A DNA stretch of 64,000 bases, from positions 62,001-126,000 of the forward strand of contig CT868407.1 in NCBI GenBank assembly GCA_000165425.1. The letters run 5' to 3'. Of this stretch, positions 18,200 through 32,603 are shown piece by piece. The number at the start of each line of letters is the position of its first letter. The stretch's first letter is position 1. Position numbers and translations under genes: made by a program. A model generated the notes under the pieces. It saw only the letters and a list, made by a program, of their open reading frames with translations. It did not search any database and was not told where the DNA came from. The stretch is from Paramecium tetraurelia (taxonomy: Eukaryota).

Positions 18200-21100
18200 A
18201 TGCAGGAAATTTAATTGATAGTACCCTATCGATAAAACATTGCAAAAGCAATCTTATTTTATCTACTGTGCATACTATCGTTAGGTTTAGTCTATGTAGT
18301 GGCTACTTGGCATTACAAGATTTGGGCAATACTGAGAATGTCAAAGTGTGAAATATTTGCAGCGGAGTATTTTCGAATAGACTCAAAAGATGGTACACAA
18401 GAGATCGTTCCTAGTCATCATTATATACAAAAAGGATTAGATTATATAGTATGAATTGCATATCATTGTTAGGGCTTTACATACAGATATAAAAGATTTA
18501 TATATCGAGAGGGAAGATTTGAAAAAATTTAGTTTCAACTCTAGCATAACAAAGATGTTCATCAGAGAGATCATTTGAAGTCTAACGAATAGCTGAAAGA
18601 TTATTAGGAACTTTATGGAATTAATTCAACAGAGATTCCCAGAAAACCAATTCTGTCAATCCTTATAGATGAATTAATGCATCCTTTATTTGTTGTGTAG
18701 ATTCTTTAAATTTTGCTATGGATTTATGAAGAGTATACAAGTTATGCCATTATTTTGTTGTTGACATCAATCATCTCGATGATAGATACTTTATTTGAGT
18801 ATAGAGAGAGTTATCGAGAGATTAGACTGAATTCCAAATTGGAACACGAAGTGACTATCATAAGATTTGGATAACAAATAAAAACTCATTCAAGAGAGTT
18901 AGTACCAGGAGATATTATAATCGTTGAACCTTTTTAGGTTATTGCTTGTGATTGTGTACTTATATAAGGAACTTGCATTGTGTAGGAGTAATTTTTGAAT
19001 GGTGAATAAACTCCAATTACTAAAAGCAATCTACCAAATGATGATTCAGCTTTTGTGTAAAAGGATGGAAACATGTTGTATATGTCAACATTCTGTTTGA
19101 GAGCAGAGGAGAATTGTTTGGCTTTTGTTGTTTCAACAGGGTTCAATACAAGGAAAGGTGAGTTAATAAGAGAGGTGATGTTAACACCTGATTATTCGTT
19201 TGATTTCTATGAGGATAGTATGAGATATTTAAAATATTTAAGCATTGTGGCAATAGTAGGTTATTTAATCGCCTTGCCATTTAAGATATATTTCTTAATC
19301 ACCTATCCCTTTCTGGAAGCCACTGATCTAATAACTGACATCTTGGATCTTTTAGCAGTGTGTGTACCACCGACTCTACCAACCACTTTATAGATAGGGT
19401 TAAGCTTAGCGTTAAAGAGATTCAAAAAGAAAAAGATCTATTGTTTTAATCCAGGTAAAATAAATTTGGCAGGAATGGTCAATTAAGTTTGTTTTGATAA
19501 AACAGGCACACTAACAGAGGAAGAACAGAGACTCTATGGAGTAATTGAAATGAATAGTTAAGGGTAGTTGAATCCTCTTTTGAAGGATTTCGATAATTTA
19601 AATAAAGTTATAAGATTGGTTATGGCATGCTGTAACAATATTGTAAATGAAGAAGAAATTCTTTATGGAGATCATTTAGATTTGGCATTATTCAAGAATA
19701 GTTCTGCAAAGATTTTTTATAGGACAGTGATGTTGGATGGAGTAAATTATGACATTGTAAAGACCTTTGAATTTACATAAGAATTACAACGCATATGTTG
19801 TATTATACATAATCAATAAAATCATAATAAATATTCATTGGTTAAGGGAGCACCTGAGAAGATTAAATTAATGTGTGATAGTGTTCCAGATGATTATACT
19901 TCAGTGTTTAAATATTATAGTCATCATGGATTCAAAGTTATTGCCTGTGCATATAAATAATTATTACAAGAGGATGTAATTCCGACAAGGGAGTATTCTG
20001 AATAAACTCTCACTTTCTTATGTTTTTTAGTTCTAGAAAATAGAGTAAAGGATAATGCAGAATAAGTAATTTTATAGTTGAGAAGTGCAAAAATAGATAC
20101 AATTTTAGTTACTGGGGATAATGTATTAACATCAATGAGAGTAGCCAGACAGACTAGACTAGTAGAAGAAAGTGAATAGTTAGTATATGGGGAACTTGTC
20201 GAGAATGATAACGAATTGTAAATAGATTGGAAGGATATGGAATAGTAGTTTAAAGAAATTGAGAATTAAATGCATAATGACACAAAAACATTGTGTGCTG
20301 AAATTCTATAATAGAAATTACCTAATTCAATTAGTAAATTCAACTTTGATGCAAAATCATGTGATAATTTGGACAATAACATTGCAGTCGTCAATGATGA
20401 AGTCCAAGAATAATTACAAAAATCAGCTACTCTTGCAATCACAGGCAAAGTATTCACATATTTAATGAAATAAGCAAAAGAAAATAAAGATTATAAATAC
20501 ATTGATTAATTAATAACAAAGACTAAGGTATATGCTAAGATGAGAAGAGAACATAAAGGTGAATTGATTAATTACTTGAAAACGAAAAAGCAGATTGTCT
20601 TTTGTGGTGATGGAGGTGCTGATATTTAAGCTATGCGTACTGCCGATGTTGGAATAAGTTTAACAAACACAAAATTGTCTTTGGCTGCTCCATTTACATC
20701 AGGATAGGAGGATTTGAGTACAGTGCCCATCATTCTAATTGAAGGCAGAGGAGCGTTGACTACTTCATTTCAAGCTTTTGAATATATGACAATGTGTTCA
20801 TTAGTACAATTTTTAAGTTGCACAATCTTATATTTCCAATATTCATACATGACCAACTCCTAATTTCTTATTTTAGATTTATTTGTGGTTTTACCACTCA
20901 GCATTTTAATGACTTACACAGATAATCTTAGGAAATTAACTACAGAAATTCCATAGAGAAGTTTAGTCAGTGTAGAAGTTTTATCAATAATATTTGGATA
21001 GTGTTTTATTTAAATGTCATTTTAAATACTCATTTACCTTATATTAATTTATTAAGATTGGTACAAGGATCCTGTTACATTATCACGCCAAGAATACGGA

Positions 21101-21494
21101 GAAGCAGGTTTTATGCAATCATTCGAGGCAACATCTTTATTTTTAGCCACTAATTTCTAGTATATTATGTTATCAGTATCATTATCATATGATCCTAGAT
21201 TCAAAAAACCATTTTACTCAAATAGACCTTTCACTATTTATTTGATTTTCCTATTCATACTCGAACTCTATTTGCTTATGTTCACTTATAAGGATGACAC
21301 AGAGGATGACTATCTAAATGTATTACAAATATATTTATTTTAACAAGCTTACATTCAAAGTATAAGAATACGAAATGCCACAATCATGGCTCTTGTTTCT
21401 ACTTGGGATGATTATATTGAATTCTACTTTAACTCACACCTACTAAATTTATGGAGTTCCATATGTTATTGCAAAAATGAAAAATAAATTATGA
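18200..21494 (+). CDS. P5-type (P5B-like) P-type ATPase
   Basis: ELVPGDII, PPTLP (TM4), CFDKTGTLT, KGAPE, TGDN, CGDG, EGR..L.TS motifs. Confidence 0.92.
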
Positions 21495-21976
21495 ATTTGT
21501 CTATATTAATTATAACTAATAATATTAGAATTTCTCAAAAATTTGATGGAAAACCATTTTGTATCTAAATCAGCATCTAAATTTTATAATAATTGATTTA
21601 AGTTCTTTAGAAAAAGAGGGAAGATTCCGATATTGTTTACATAGTCTTCTTGATCTGATTACAATATTTTGAATAAAAATGATATGTGATTGAAATTACC
21701 TTTCATAATTATTTCTAAATTTAAAGGTGGTTCTTATCGTTGTTCATGGAGTAAAAATAACAAGATGTCTGAGATATATGTTCTATTTATGAATACTTTA
21801 TTTAATACTTATTGAATGAATGATAAATTTCAGTTTTAATAAAATAAGTAGATTTAGAGAATAAAGATAAATGCGATTTCAACCAATTTTATAGCACCAA
21901 ATGATTCATAAATATATGATTAAGTTACAGAAGAATTTGAAATAAATGTGATTTATATTATTTATATTTATAAACA

Positions 21977-24900
21977 ATGGATTAGTAAGCGATGACTAAT
22001 GCTCTTGGGAATTTAAGTATCACATTGATTTTCTATAAAAAAAGAGCGGCAGAATGAGATTCGTTAGCAACAGAAACAACAAGCTAGTATTCCCGATCAT
22101 TAATCTGAGAGCAATGTTTATAATGATGATTTTGATGGCGATGATGCTATTCTCAATGTTATAAAAAGTAAAGATAAAAGGTTAACTTTTGATTAGCTGC
22201 TCAAGATCAAAAGCCTAAACCATAACCGCCATCAGCTTAGCCAAAAAGACCTGAATCTTCAAATAAAAGAACTGCTTCAATGCCGAAGAAGAAGCCTTAT
22301 TAATTCAATAAGTTGAATGAGGGAGAGAAAGAGAAGCTATTCTTAGATGTTTATGATGAAAATATTAAGCTAAAAGAAAATTAAGTGAAATTTGAAAAAA
22401 TGTATGGGACAATGGAAGTTAAATTATAATAAATGCAAAAATTCATGGGGAACAAAACTGTTGGTGCTGGAGAATCCAATGAATAAAACAATTAATTGGC
22501 ATCAAAAGTCAACAATTTGGAGACTGAAAATGAAAAGTTAAAATAAAAGATATAAGCTATATCCTAGGCCTAAAGAGTTGTTGTGGCTCATTAGCCGATG
22601 AAAAAAAAGAAATTAGTATAAGCAGATAGACCAGAAATGGAATAGACTGGAATAAGAGGAGGTTAGTTTGTGGATTAATAAAATCAAATAAAATAATTGT
22701 TAGATTTAAATGATAAATTAAAGAAACGATTACTTGAATAGGAAGCCTAATTCAGATAATTGTAGGCAATGATGAACTCTAAGATTGTCAATCAATAGGA
22801 GTTAAGTTAGAAAAATGCTTAATTTGTAACTCTACAGGAGAGATGCAATAAATTAGAATCGAATTTAAGTGGTATGAGATCATAATTGGATGATGAACGT
22901 AAAAGACAGAGTGAAATTATGATGCTCCTAAGAGAAGAAAAAGAGAAGAATCATTTATTGGAAGGATAAGTTAGATCAATGGAGTTGGCATAGAAGAGTG
23001 TTGTTGATTTACAAGCAGACTTACAAGAAGCAAGAAGATAAAAGAAGGAGATCGAAGAGAGATTAGCAATTCTAATGGAATCCCCATTTTTTAAGGAATA
23101 CAATGAAAGAGCTACTATACAAGCCAAAATGAAAGCTATGGAACAGGAGTAAATAAGGAATGCTACAGATTTAAAAAATTTGAGAGAAACCAATGCAAAA
23201 TTAGAAACCGAAAATAGATTGAAAAGAGAGGATATTGAGAATCTTAAAAAAGAGTTCAAGATATTATAAGAAAGAAATTAAGAATTGAATATCAAATTGG
23301 CTGAAAAAGATTAGCAATTACTTCCATTTAAAGATTTAAATTATTGGGATAATGATTAATTCTTAAAAGTGTTGGGTAATTTGAAATGGACGGGAGAAGA
23401 TCCTGCTTGGAGAAAAATTGAATTTATAGATCGTACTTATTTAGATTCTGATGATCCTGTTTATTTGAGAAAGGAGATTGAACACTTGAAACTTGAGAAG
23501 GGAGAATTAGCTGCACATTTAGAAAAAACATAAACATTACTCAAGAATCAATAGGATATCTAGATGGAAAAAGACAAAATGCATTAAACTTAAATAGAAT
23601 AATTAAAATTGGAATTGAAGGTGGCCAATGAGAAAGCATATGAATATGCGAAGATAGCTGATCTGAAAACTCAGGCAAGATAACAATAGACTTTGTATGA
23701 AGCAGAGGGAATCAAATATGATGATTCTATATCAGTGTTCTCAGTTGACAAAGATGAAATGTTGTCTCCAGGAGAGAATTTCTTTGATTTATGGGTTGGC
23801 AAAGGAGAGTATCAACCTGCTGAATTAGTGTCTTCATATAAGACTTCCACACAATTAAATTTGGATCTCGGAAGTCTATTGACATTTGTTACAATTGATT
23901 TCTATGATCATGAAACACAACATACAAGTGTATCAGAAGGAACATCTTGCTTTTATAATTTGTAAATAAGTTTTAAAGTTGATGCTGATGCTAACTTCAT
24001 TCAATACCTTGAAAGCAACTATTTGAAACTAGAACTTTATGTTAGTCAAGGTAGTGAACCTACAAAGATTGGATCAGGATTGATTTAATTGAAGGACTTA
24101 GTTTATGAGAATAAGAATGATACTATCAGTAAAGTTATTAGTGGATCTCTTACTTTTCATGGAATCAACAATTAGATGATAGGAATAGTGGAATTTAAAG
24201 CAAGAATGAGATATCCAATTTCGAATTTCATTCGTTTGTTAAAGGAAAGAAACTAATTACAGATGTAAGATTTGGATGAAGCTGAAGAAATAGTTGCAGT
24301 TAGGAAAAGAAAACTTGTTATATGCATTGAAAAAGGAACATCTCTTCCTCAAAAATCTAATTGTTTCATCTATTATAATTTTGATACTAAAGATTTTCAT
24401 ACTAATACTTAGATGGGATCTAATCCAAAATGGGACTATAGAATGGTTCATGACATTGTATACAATGAATTGGTTGTCAATCAATTCAATAGAATGCCCT
24501 TAGAATTATACATCATTGATGATAATCAACCTTTTGGTAGAAGGATCAAATGACAAGGTGGGATATTGTTTGATTGATTTGGCTCCTTTAGTAAAGAATC
24601 AAATGGTTGACTTAGCAGCAGAGGTTAAGAATGATGATGGAGACAAAGTTGCATCAGTTTACGTTAAAATCTTCTGGTATGACATCAAAGATGAGGACAC
24701 ATTAAACTAATAGAGATCTATGATTGCAGAGTCTTGGGAGGAGAATATTACCCATAAAATAAGTTCAGAAATGAGATCCAGAGGGTTATTGGGTATTACT
24801 GCCTTCAGAGTGTTCGACAGGGATCAAGATTAGATTATCACTTATGAAGATTTTGCCAATGGTTTAAAGAATGTGTTAAATATCAAAATGAATCCTTAAG

Positions 24901-26731
24901 AAATGCAAGTTTATTATTCTAAATTGCCTCAACCTTTGAATCAATAGAAATTCTAGGAATTTTTCCGCTTGCAATCTAATGAAAGCATATAGTATGAAGC
25001 AGGGTTTAAATCACAATATCAAACTCAGGAATTGTCATCAATAAATCAACTAATGTAATAAAACACTATGCAATTGCAAAGAACCTAATTGGAATAGATC
25101 CATAATTCTATATATGATTTATTAAAGCGAAAATTGTCTTATGGTAAATCAGTGTAAGAGTTATTTATGGAGATAGACTCTGTCAAACCTGACGGACAAT
25201 TGAATATTGATGAATTACAAAGGTATTTCTAATAAAATAGTTTACTGATCCCAATTGCTCAACTACGAGAGTTTCTCAAATTTTATATGGATATTAACAA
25301 TGATCAATTGATCAATTTTAGAGAATTTACCAACTACTTTAAATTGATTCCCACTTCTTAATAGTAATAGATGTATTCACAATCTTCATTTCAATAAATG
25401 GGTAACTAATAAAGAATGCAGTCTAACTTCCCAAGCATATAAGACACTTAACTATAGCAATCACCAATTGATATAGCTATCACTGCAATTCTTAATTATG
25501 GTCAAGCAAGACAATGGACTTTAATGTAGGTTAGAGAATTCATGGATGAGAACAGGAATAGTTATATTGAATCTGGTGAAATGAAGAAGTTCCTAATATA
25601 ATTTGGGGTTCACAAAAATTTACAAAATGGTGATGATGACATTAGATAGATTGTGGCATTCTTTGATGTTAATCATGATGGAAGAATTTCAATTTCTGAA
25701 TTTGCAGATACATTGAATATGTACAATAACAGACTGTAGATTATCAAAGCATAACCTACTCAATAAAATATTCAAAATTATGTAGTTGGTTATCTTAAAT
25801 TTCTTATATGAGGAAGTATAGGAAAACTGTACCAGAATTGTTCAATGATATCGACTAAGATGGTAATGGTTACTTATCAAAGGTAGAGCTCAAGAACATA
25901 TTTAAAAATAAAATTGTATAATATTATTATATTTTCTTTATTAGTTGGTGCCTGTTGATGAATTTGAATTAAATGAGCTATTCATGGAATTCGATAAAAA
26001 TAGAGATGGACATATTAGCATATCAGAGTTTTTGCAAATTGTAAAACCAGCACTTGATCAGGATAAAAATGAGCCATCATTTAATTAATAAGGGATAGAG
26101 AAAGAAAAGATAGCTCGTAAAGCTGAAGAAGTATGTTTCAAAAATGCTCGAGTCCTTCAATTAGCCTTCTAAGCTAAAGCCCAAAAACCAGGCTATTTAA
26201 CTGAGACATAGTTCAAATAAATTCTTAGAGACTAGAAAGTTGGATTCACTCCCAATGAAATTGACGATTTGACGGTAATTTCTTTCAATATTAAACTTTT
26301 AGCTCTATGTGATCTTACCCGAAAATGGAATGATAAATTATAATTAATTCTTGGATCTCGGAAAGCTAAGAGGAGGTCCTTAACAATCTGACGTATTTGG
26401 CTAAACGAGTAGATCAGGGTTTGGTTCTTTAAGTCAAATAGAATAGGAGAGAGCCATAGGCAAAGCTAAAGAAGTATTTTATAACAAGATAATTTAGGTT
26501 TTCAATAGAATCTCAAGAGCTGTTAAAAATAAGTATACTCCTCAACAACTATTTGCAGCCTTCGATAAAGATTCAAATGGAAAAATTAATAAAGCTGAAT
26601 TAGACGAAGTATTCTCAAAGATGAGAATTAGAAACCTTGATAAAGATGATGTTGAACTTATATTCAAAGCATTAGACAGAGATGAGGATGGATCTATTGA
26701 TGTTAAGGAATTCATCAAATATCTAGAATGA
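21977..26731 (+). CDS. RPGRIP1L: Ciliary transition-zone protein RPGRIP1L/Fantom homolog (coiled-coil, two C2 domains, multiple EF-hands); frame is broken in this sequence
   Basis: TFVTIDFYDHETQHT C2 motif, second C2 (SNPKWD...LELYIIDD), EF loops DRDQDQII, DINNDQLI, DENRNSYI, DVNHDGRI, DQDGNGYL, DKNRDGHI, DKDSNGKI, DRDEDGSI; +1 break at 24532-24535. Confidence 0.85.
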
Positions 26732-26773
26732 TGAAATATTATTCAGTTATAAAAATTAAATAATAAAAATAAC

Positions 26774-26846
26774 AGCCGATTGAGAGAATTGAACTCTCGA
26801 CCCTTTGCTTACAAGGCAAAAGCTCTAACCACTGAGCTAAACCGGC
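26774..26846 (-). tRNA. trnT-UGU: tRNA-Thr (anticodon UGU)
   Basis: GCCGGTTTAGCTCAGTGGTTAGAGC-TTTGC-CTTGTAA-GCAAA-GGGTC-GAGAG-TTCAATT-CTCTC-AATCGGCT cloverleaf, followed by a T-run Pol III terminator. Confidence 0.97.
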
Positions 26847-27398
26847 TCGGTTGATTTTATTGCGATTCTTGTCGCTATCAAATGATTCAGGGTAAGTATA
26901 AGTTAAAATTCTTATAATAGATTATCTATTGCTTTGCTTTAACTTATTATTAATTTAAATCCTATAAGAATACTCATTCTCACTACAACCAAATTGAATT
27001 ATTACCCTTTTATTTAGCTTATTATACCTAAACTATTTGCTAAAATATTTATTAAAATGAATAAAAATAAGATTGGACACTCCTCTAAATATTTATCTAG
27101 AAGCATCGTCCTTTTGAAAACTATGAATTTCAGATCTAATCATATTATAGTTCATGAGAAATACAAACAATAACATAGGGATGTTAATCTGAAATTTTTC
27201 TAATTAGATTGTGCTTATATTCAATTTTTAGGAAATTAAGAAAAATTTACATTCTCGTTTTCATTTTTTTTAAGAAATGTAAAAATAAAGCTTGAGTTTA
27301 TTATTTCGTTTTCCAGTAAACTCATAATTAAAAAAAACTCATTTTATTTGATAATATAATTAATGCTATAAAGCAGAGAATTTGTAATTTCATAATGA

Positions 27399-29068
27399 TC
27401 ATTTTAGGCTATTGTTTAGTCTAGGTTTAAAACGACTAAATAAAATATGAAATTTACATACGCTCTAATAAAACGAAGTTTAAGCTCTATATATTTCCGC
27501 TCTATTCCTTCATCTCCTTCATTCATCATCTGGAATTCAATGGTAGTATCATCATCATTTAGAATTTGATTATATGGTTGAATTGTTTGAGATTTTCGTT
27601 GATATTCATTAAGAATATTCTCTAAATCAGAATCCGGAGAAATTGAAAGAAGATGATTGAACTGATTGACATTTGGATTTACTGAATTATTAGATATACT
27701 ATTTTAGAATTTTGAGTTTGAATTAAAAGAAATCTTGCTTAGTCTACTTAGAATACTTGGTTGTATTCCAATCATAATACTATTATTGAAGTCATTATCT
27801 GAAACAGTATCATTATTACTGTTAACAGACAATAGTCTATTTTTTTTTCTATTGATCTCGGGTGTCAGAGTGCATCTCTTTTTATCAGGCATTTTTCTTA
27901 ATTAGTTATTTTCTTATTCAATTGATTAATTTAATTATGAACCTAAAGGATCATCTTTGGATTTTTTAAATCTAAGTATTTAATTTTAATAATTACAAAG
28001 AAGGCTTGCTATTAAAAGGATTGCTCTCAGCTAATTACCCATCCCTCTCAGATGATTATCCATCTCTCTCAGATTTCTAAGAGATTACCCAATCAAAAAT
28101 AAGATCTCTCGTTGAAAAATTGTGTTCTTTTGAAACCTTTCTGAATAACGATAGACAATATTTATAATTAGGCTCTAACTTAAAATGCAATCCTTTCACG
28201 TAATCTAAATAAATAGCAAATTCTATGGGTAATCCTTAGCACAATTCATTTGAATCCAGTCTCATTTTCATTTGGCCAACTTAATTTATCTTATCCTCCT
28301 CTGACGTAAATTGAAGATTTTACCATGGCAATTAACCTTTAATTCTTCTTCATCAATCAATACCTTTTAGTAAATAGATCAGCATATAACATAACGATTC
28401 CATGTCATCTCTTCGACTCAGTGATAGTCTTTTGTGAGCATTGCTGCTTGCATATCGAGTGGTTCCGATAAAGGGTTACTTCTCTTTAAAAGATCTAAAT
28501 ATTAGTAAGAGATATCTTACATATGCGACTCGTTTTACTCTTTATAGAATTTACTGATTCCAAAATCTACAATGAAAAGTTGATTTTCGTCATCCTCCTT
28601 TCCAACCAAGATATTTTCTGGTTTTATATCTCTATGAATCACATTGCTTTAAATTAAACAAAAACTAATACTGTTTATGTAAACTTTCTAAGATGATAAT
28701 CATTTGTTCTGCTATATTAAGAACGCATTTTAAGGAAAATTTTCTGTAATTTCTTATGTAATGAGTCAAATCTCTTCCTAGGTATTGAATCACTAGATAG
28801 GTTGAATCTCCGTCCTTCCCTGACCAATATAATTTTGGAATGTGTTTCAAATGCTATAGTCTCTTCAGAATCTCTGCCTAACATAAATATAAAATTAGAT
28901 TCCTACTTCTCTTTAAAGACTAGACTCCTCTTTTTTTTCCTTATCCACTTTTATAGCCACAAAATTTCGAGTGTTTATTTCTTGTCCTAAATAAACAACT
29001 CCAAAAGAACCAGAGGATATTCTCTTTTTGATGGTATATGTATTGTTGATCAGCTTTTAATTAATCAT
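27399..29068 (-). CDS. Casein kinase 1 family Ser/Thr kinase with long Ser-rich C-tail
   Basis: [50 protein letters not shown] motifs; several tiny introns. Confidence 0.94.
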
Positions 29069-30578
29069 TATATGAAATAATAATTAGTAATTTAAGAAAG
29101 TTCTTTACGATCCAAAGTAATTCGTAGGATAAATCACTATCCTAAATAACAAATATTACGCTCCTCTAAAATAATAGATTAAGAAGAAACTAAATTCTCT
29201 GATTATCAAAAGTTGTGGTACCAGCCCCTGAAATTAAAGTTTTTACTAAAAAAGAGCATAAATTAGAATTGTAGATATAAGGCTTAATTGAATATTCAAA
29301 AGAGCAAAGCATTTCTGTTAAAAATTAAAGAAAAATATTTACATAGGGTAATTCATATTATTTTCATTTATTTACACAAGAATTTTATTCCTTTACCAGA
29401 CTCAAATAACGTTCTCTATTTAGCAATTCAAGTTATTTTAAGAACCTATTAAATAACAAAAGTTCATTTATTTATATACTTATTTATTGACAAGTTTTGT
29501 GATAAAATTCCCAGCATCAAGAAATGCTTCCTATTAAAGATGGAGAAGTATTAGATAATAAATATTGACCTTTGTTTACATCTACATTAAAATTTTGATA
29601 TTAAAGCAGTGAAAAAGAAATTTAATTCCAGTAGTGAAGAATAGATGTAAGCATGAGAAAATCAATGTCATACACTTTTAATAAGATCCTATTAAAAAAA
29701 CTGGAAAAGATATCTCAAAATTATTAAGTTTCAAATATTTAAGAATACCATAAATAAAACTTTAGTTACTTACTTTAGTGATATTAAAGAGAAGTCTCAT
29801 ATAAAAGATCTATTTGAGCTAGAATTTAGATGAATTTTACTCGAATTTTTTTATACATATCCAAATAAAGCACTCTTGTATGATTTTATCTAATCCTTTT
29901 ACGTTTGTTTTCAGTTATTTGCTTTATAATAATATTTGTAAATCTTGAATTGAATTACTATGTATTTGGCGAATTTATAAATTGAATGATTCATTCATAT
30001 ATGTTAGAATATAACATTCTTAAATTCTAACAATAATAGCTGCAACAACATTAATAGATAATCTATATTTTAGTAGCATTAAAAAATAGATAGGCATACA
30101 AATATAAATTTAGAAATTAATAACATTGAAATATTTTAAAAAATAAGGAAGATTACATCAAGCAACTCGAAAATAGCAATAACTCACCATTTCTTTGAGA
30201 AATCTATTAACTAAATTAAGAATGAAGTTTATTGACATGACACAACAGGTTTTACTTTTTTACAAATCTTAAATTCTTTTTGAATAAAACAAAGAAAATT
30301 AACTTCAAATATGCAAGTTTTTAATTTATTTATTTATTCAATTTTTTAAGATCTGATTTTTTTGATAATTGTTGATAATTTAAATTTTATAATTAATATT
30401 ATATTAATCAATTAGAATAAACTTTAGTGTATTTAATTTTGCTGGCAACTTCTTACAAGTTGATCATACCCAACTGTTGAGTTGTTTTGGAAGGTACTCA
30501 GTTCTGCATGAATATAACTACTTTAAATGCTAGTTATATAATGTATTAAAATAAATTTAATATTTAACTGCTAATTAA

Positions 30579-32603
30579 ATGTCTAATAATACACCCTTTT
30601 AAGTATATCTTAGAGTGAAGCCCTTGTTAGATAATAGGTAATAATTGTATAATCGCTAGTCAAGACACTCTTATATAAGACTTGGATGAAAAGAGAATTG
30701 TAATTACCAAATAGGGTAGAAATAACAAAGAGTTTCATTTCGATCGTATATTTAATAACGAACACAATGCTTAAATCTTTTCTGAGATTCTCTAAGTACT
30801 TTTGGTTTATCTAAAGTGATAGCACAATATAAATTATTTTCTTGAAGGCTACAACACTACTATTTTGGCCTATGGAATAACAGGATCTGGGAAGACGCAC
30901 ACTATTTTCGGTAATGAGAAGGACGAGGGACTTGCATTCCAATGTTTAAATTATTTAGTTGAAAAAACAAGGTATTTTGGATGTGTTATTTAGTGCTTAC
31001 CCTAATGCATTAGTAGAAGTGAGTTTTATTGAGATTTACAATGAAACAATAAGAGATCTATTAAATACTAATTAAAAATCATTAGTAATTATGTAGGATA
31101 GTTAAAAAGGATAATGTATATCAGGAGTATAGCAAATGGTTTGTAAGAATAGTGAAGAAGTGAAAGAAATCTTGAATCTTGGGAATCAAAACAGAAGTCT
31201 AGCTCAAACTATTTATAATGTTTCATCTTCTAGATCCCATGCTGTAATTCAGGTAAACTTATCCTATAAGATTGATAAGTATTAATATTATAATTATCAT
31301 TAGTTAAATTCTAACTCCCAAGTTATTTATTGTAGATTTGGCAGGCTCTGAAAAAGTCTATTTGGAATAGAAGTCAAAAAATTAGCAAGAGGGCTCTAAT
31401 ATAAACAAATCCTTATTGGCCTTGAGTCATTGTCTAACGATGTTATCAGATAAAACAAAGAAAAATCAGCATATTCCATACAGAAATTCCAAGTTGACCA
31501 GACTCTTATAAGACTCTTTGGGTGGAAACACTAAAACAATTATGATAGCTTGTGTATAATAAAATAAGCAATCATACGACGAAATTTTGAATACTCTGAC
31601 ATATTCTTAAAGAGCTACTTAAATTAAGAAGCAGGTTCACAAAGAAGTTACTTCCGTTCAGCAAAATCAGAAATCAGAGGATCTGTCTCCCACTAATGAG
31701 TCATAACAATTAGGGGATTCTTCTTCTAAATCTATCTATTTAACTAAAATTTACAATGATATCTACTCAAATGTTGAAGAATATTTTGAGATTAATAATT
31801 CAATTATAGAGATCTAATCTTAAATTCAAGCAAATTCTTAAAAAATTGAAGAAACTCAAGAAACTAAATAAGAGGATGAAACATACATGAAGTTATTGGC
31901 AGCATAAAAAGAAAATCAAATCATAGAAAAACAATTGTAGATTGCTCTAAAGACAAATCTTTAATAAAAATAAATACTTAAATCTTTGCTTCTTTAGATT
32001 ACAGAAGAATAGTAATCTACAATAAATTATTGGAAACAGAGGTTTGCAGATCTTTCAAAATAAATATTAGATATGAAATCTGATCAAGAGAAATCACAAT
32101 AAGAATTAGTTTAAAAGGATTTAGTCATTGCCTAATAGAAAGCAATAATAGAATCCAATAAATTATCTAAAAATTAATCGTAATATACGACAAGCGGAGA
32201 CTCTGATCAGTCCTACCCCATTTCATTTTCATCTTCTACGAATAACTCTTAAATAAAAAAGAAGGCATCCATTACATAATAACCGGCAGAAGATCGACAT
32301 AGATTTGCCAACATTTCTCACATTAAGTAGAGATTATCACCAAGAGAGAGGTCTCCTACGAGCAGCATTTTTGGGACTTCCCCTATTAGATCTCCTTTAA
32401 AGCATAATTCAATCTATAGGAATCTAAGTAAAAATTAGTATAATGTAGATTCTATATCAAAGGATGATTCAAGAGAATTATCTAAGGATCTATCTAATTT
32501 GAGTATTCACAAAAAATCACGTCTTGTAGATCCTTAAGTGACGACAATAAATCTATATGGAACTACCTACATAAATGTAATAGATTAAAAAGAAAATAAC
32601 TGA
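30579..32603 (+). CDS. Kinesin motor protein (kinesin-8-like)
   Basis: [53 protein letters not shown], followed by coiled-coil tail. Confidence 0.93.
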
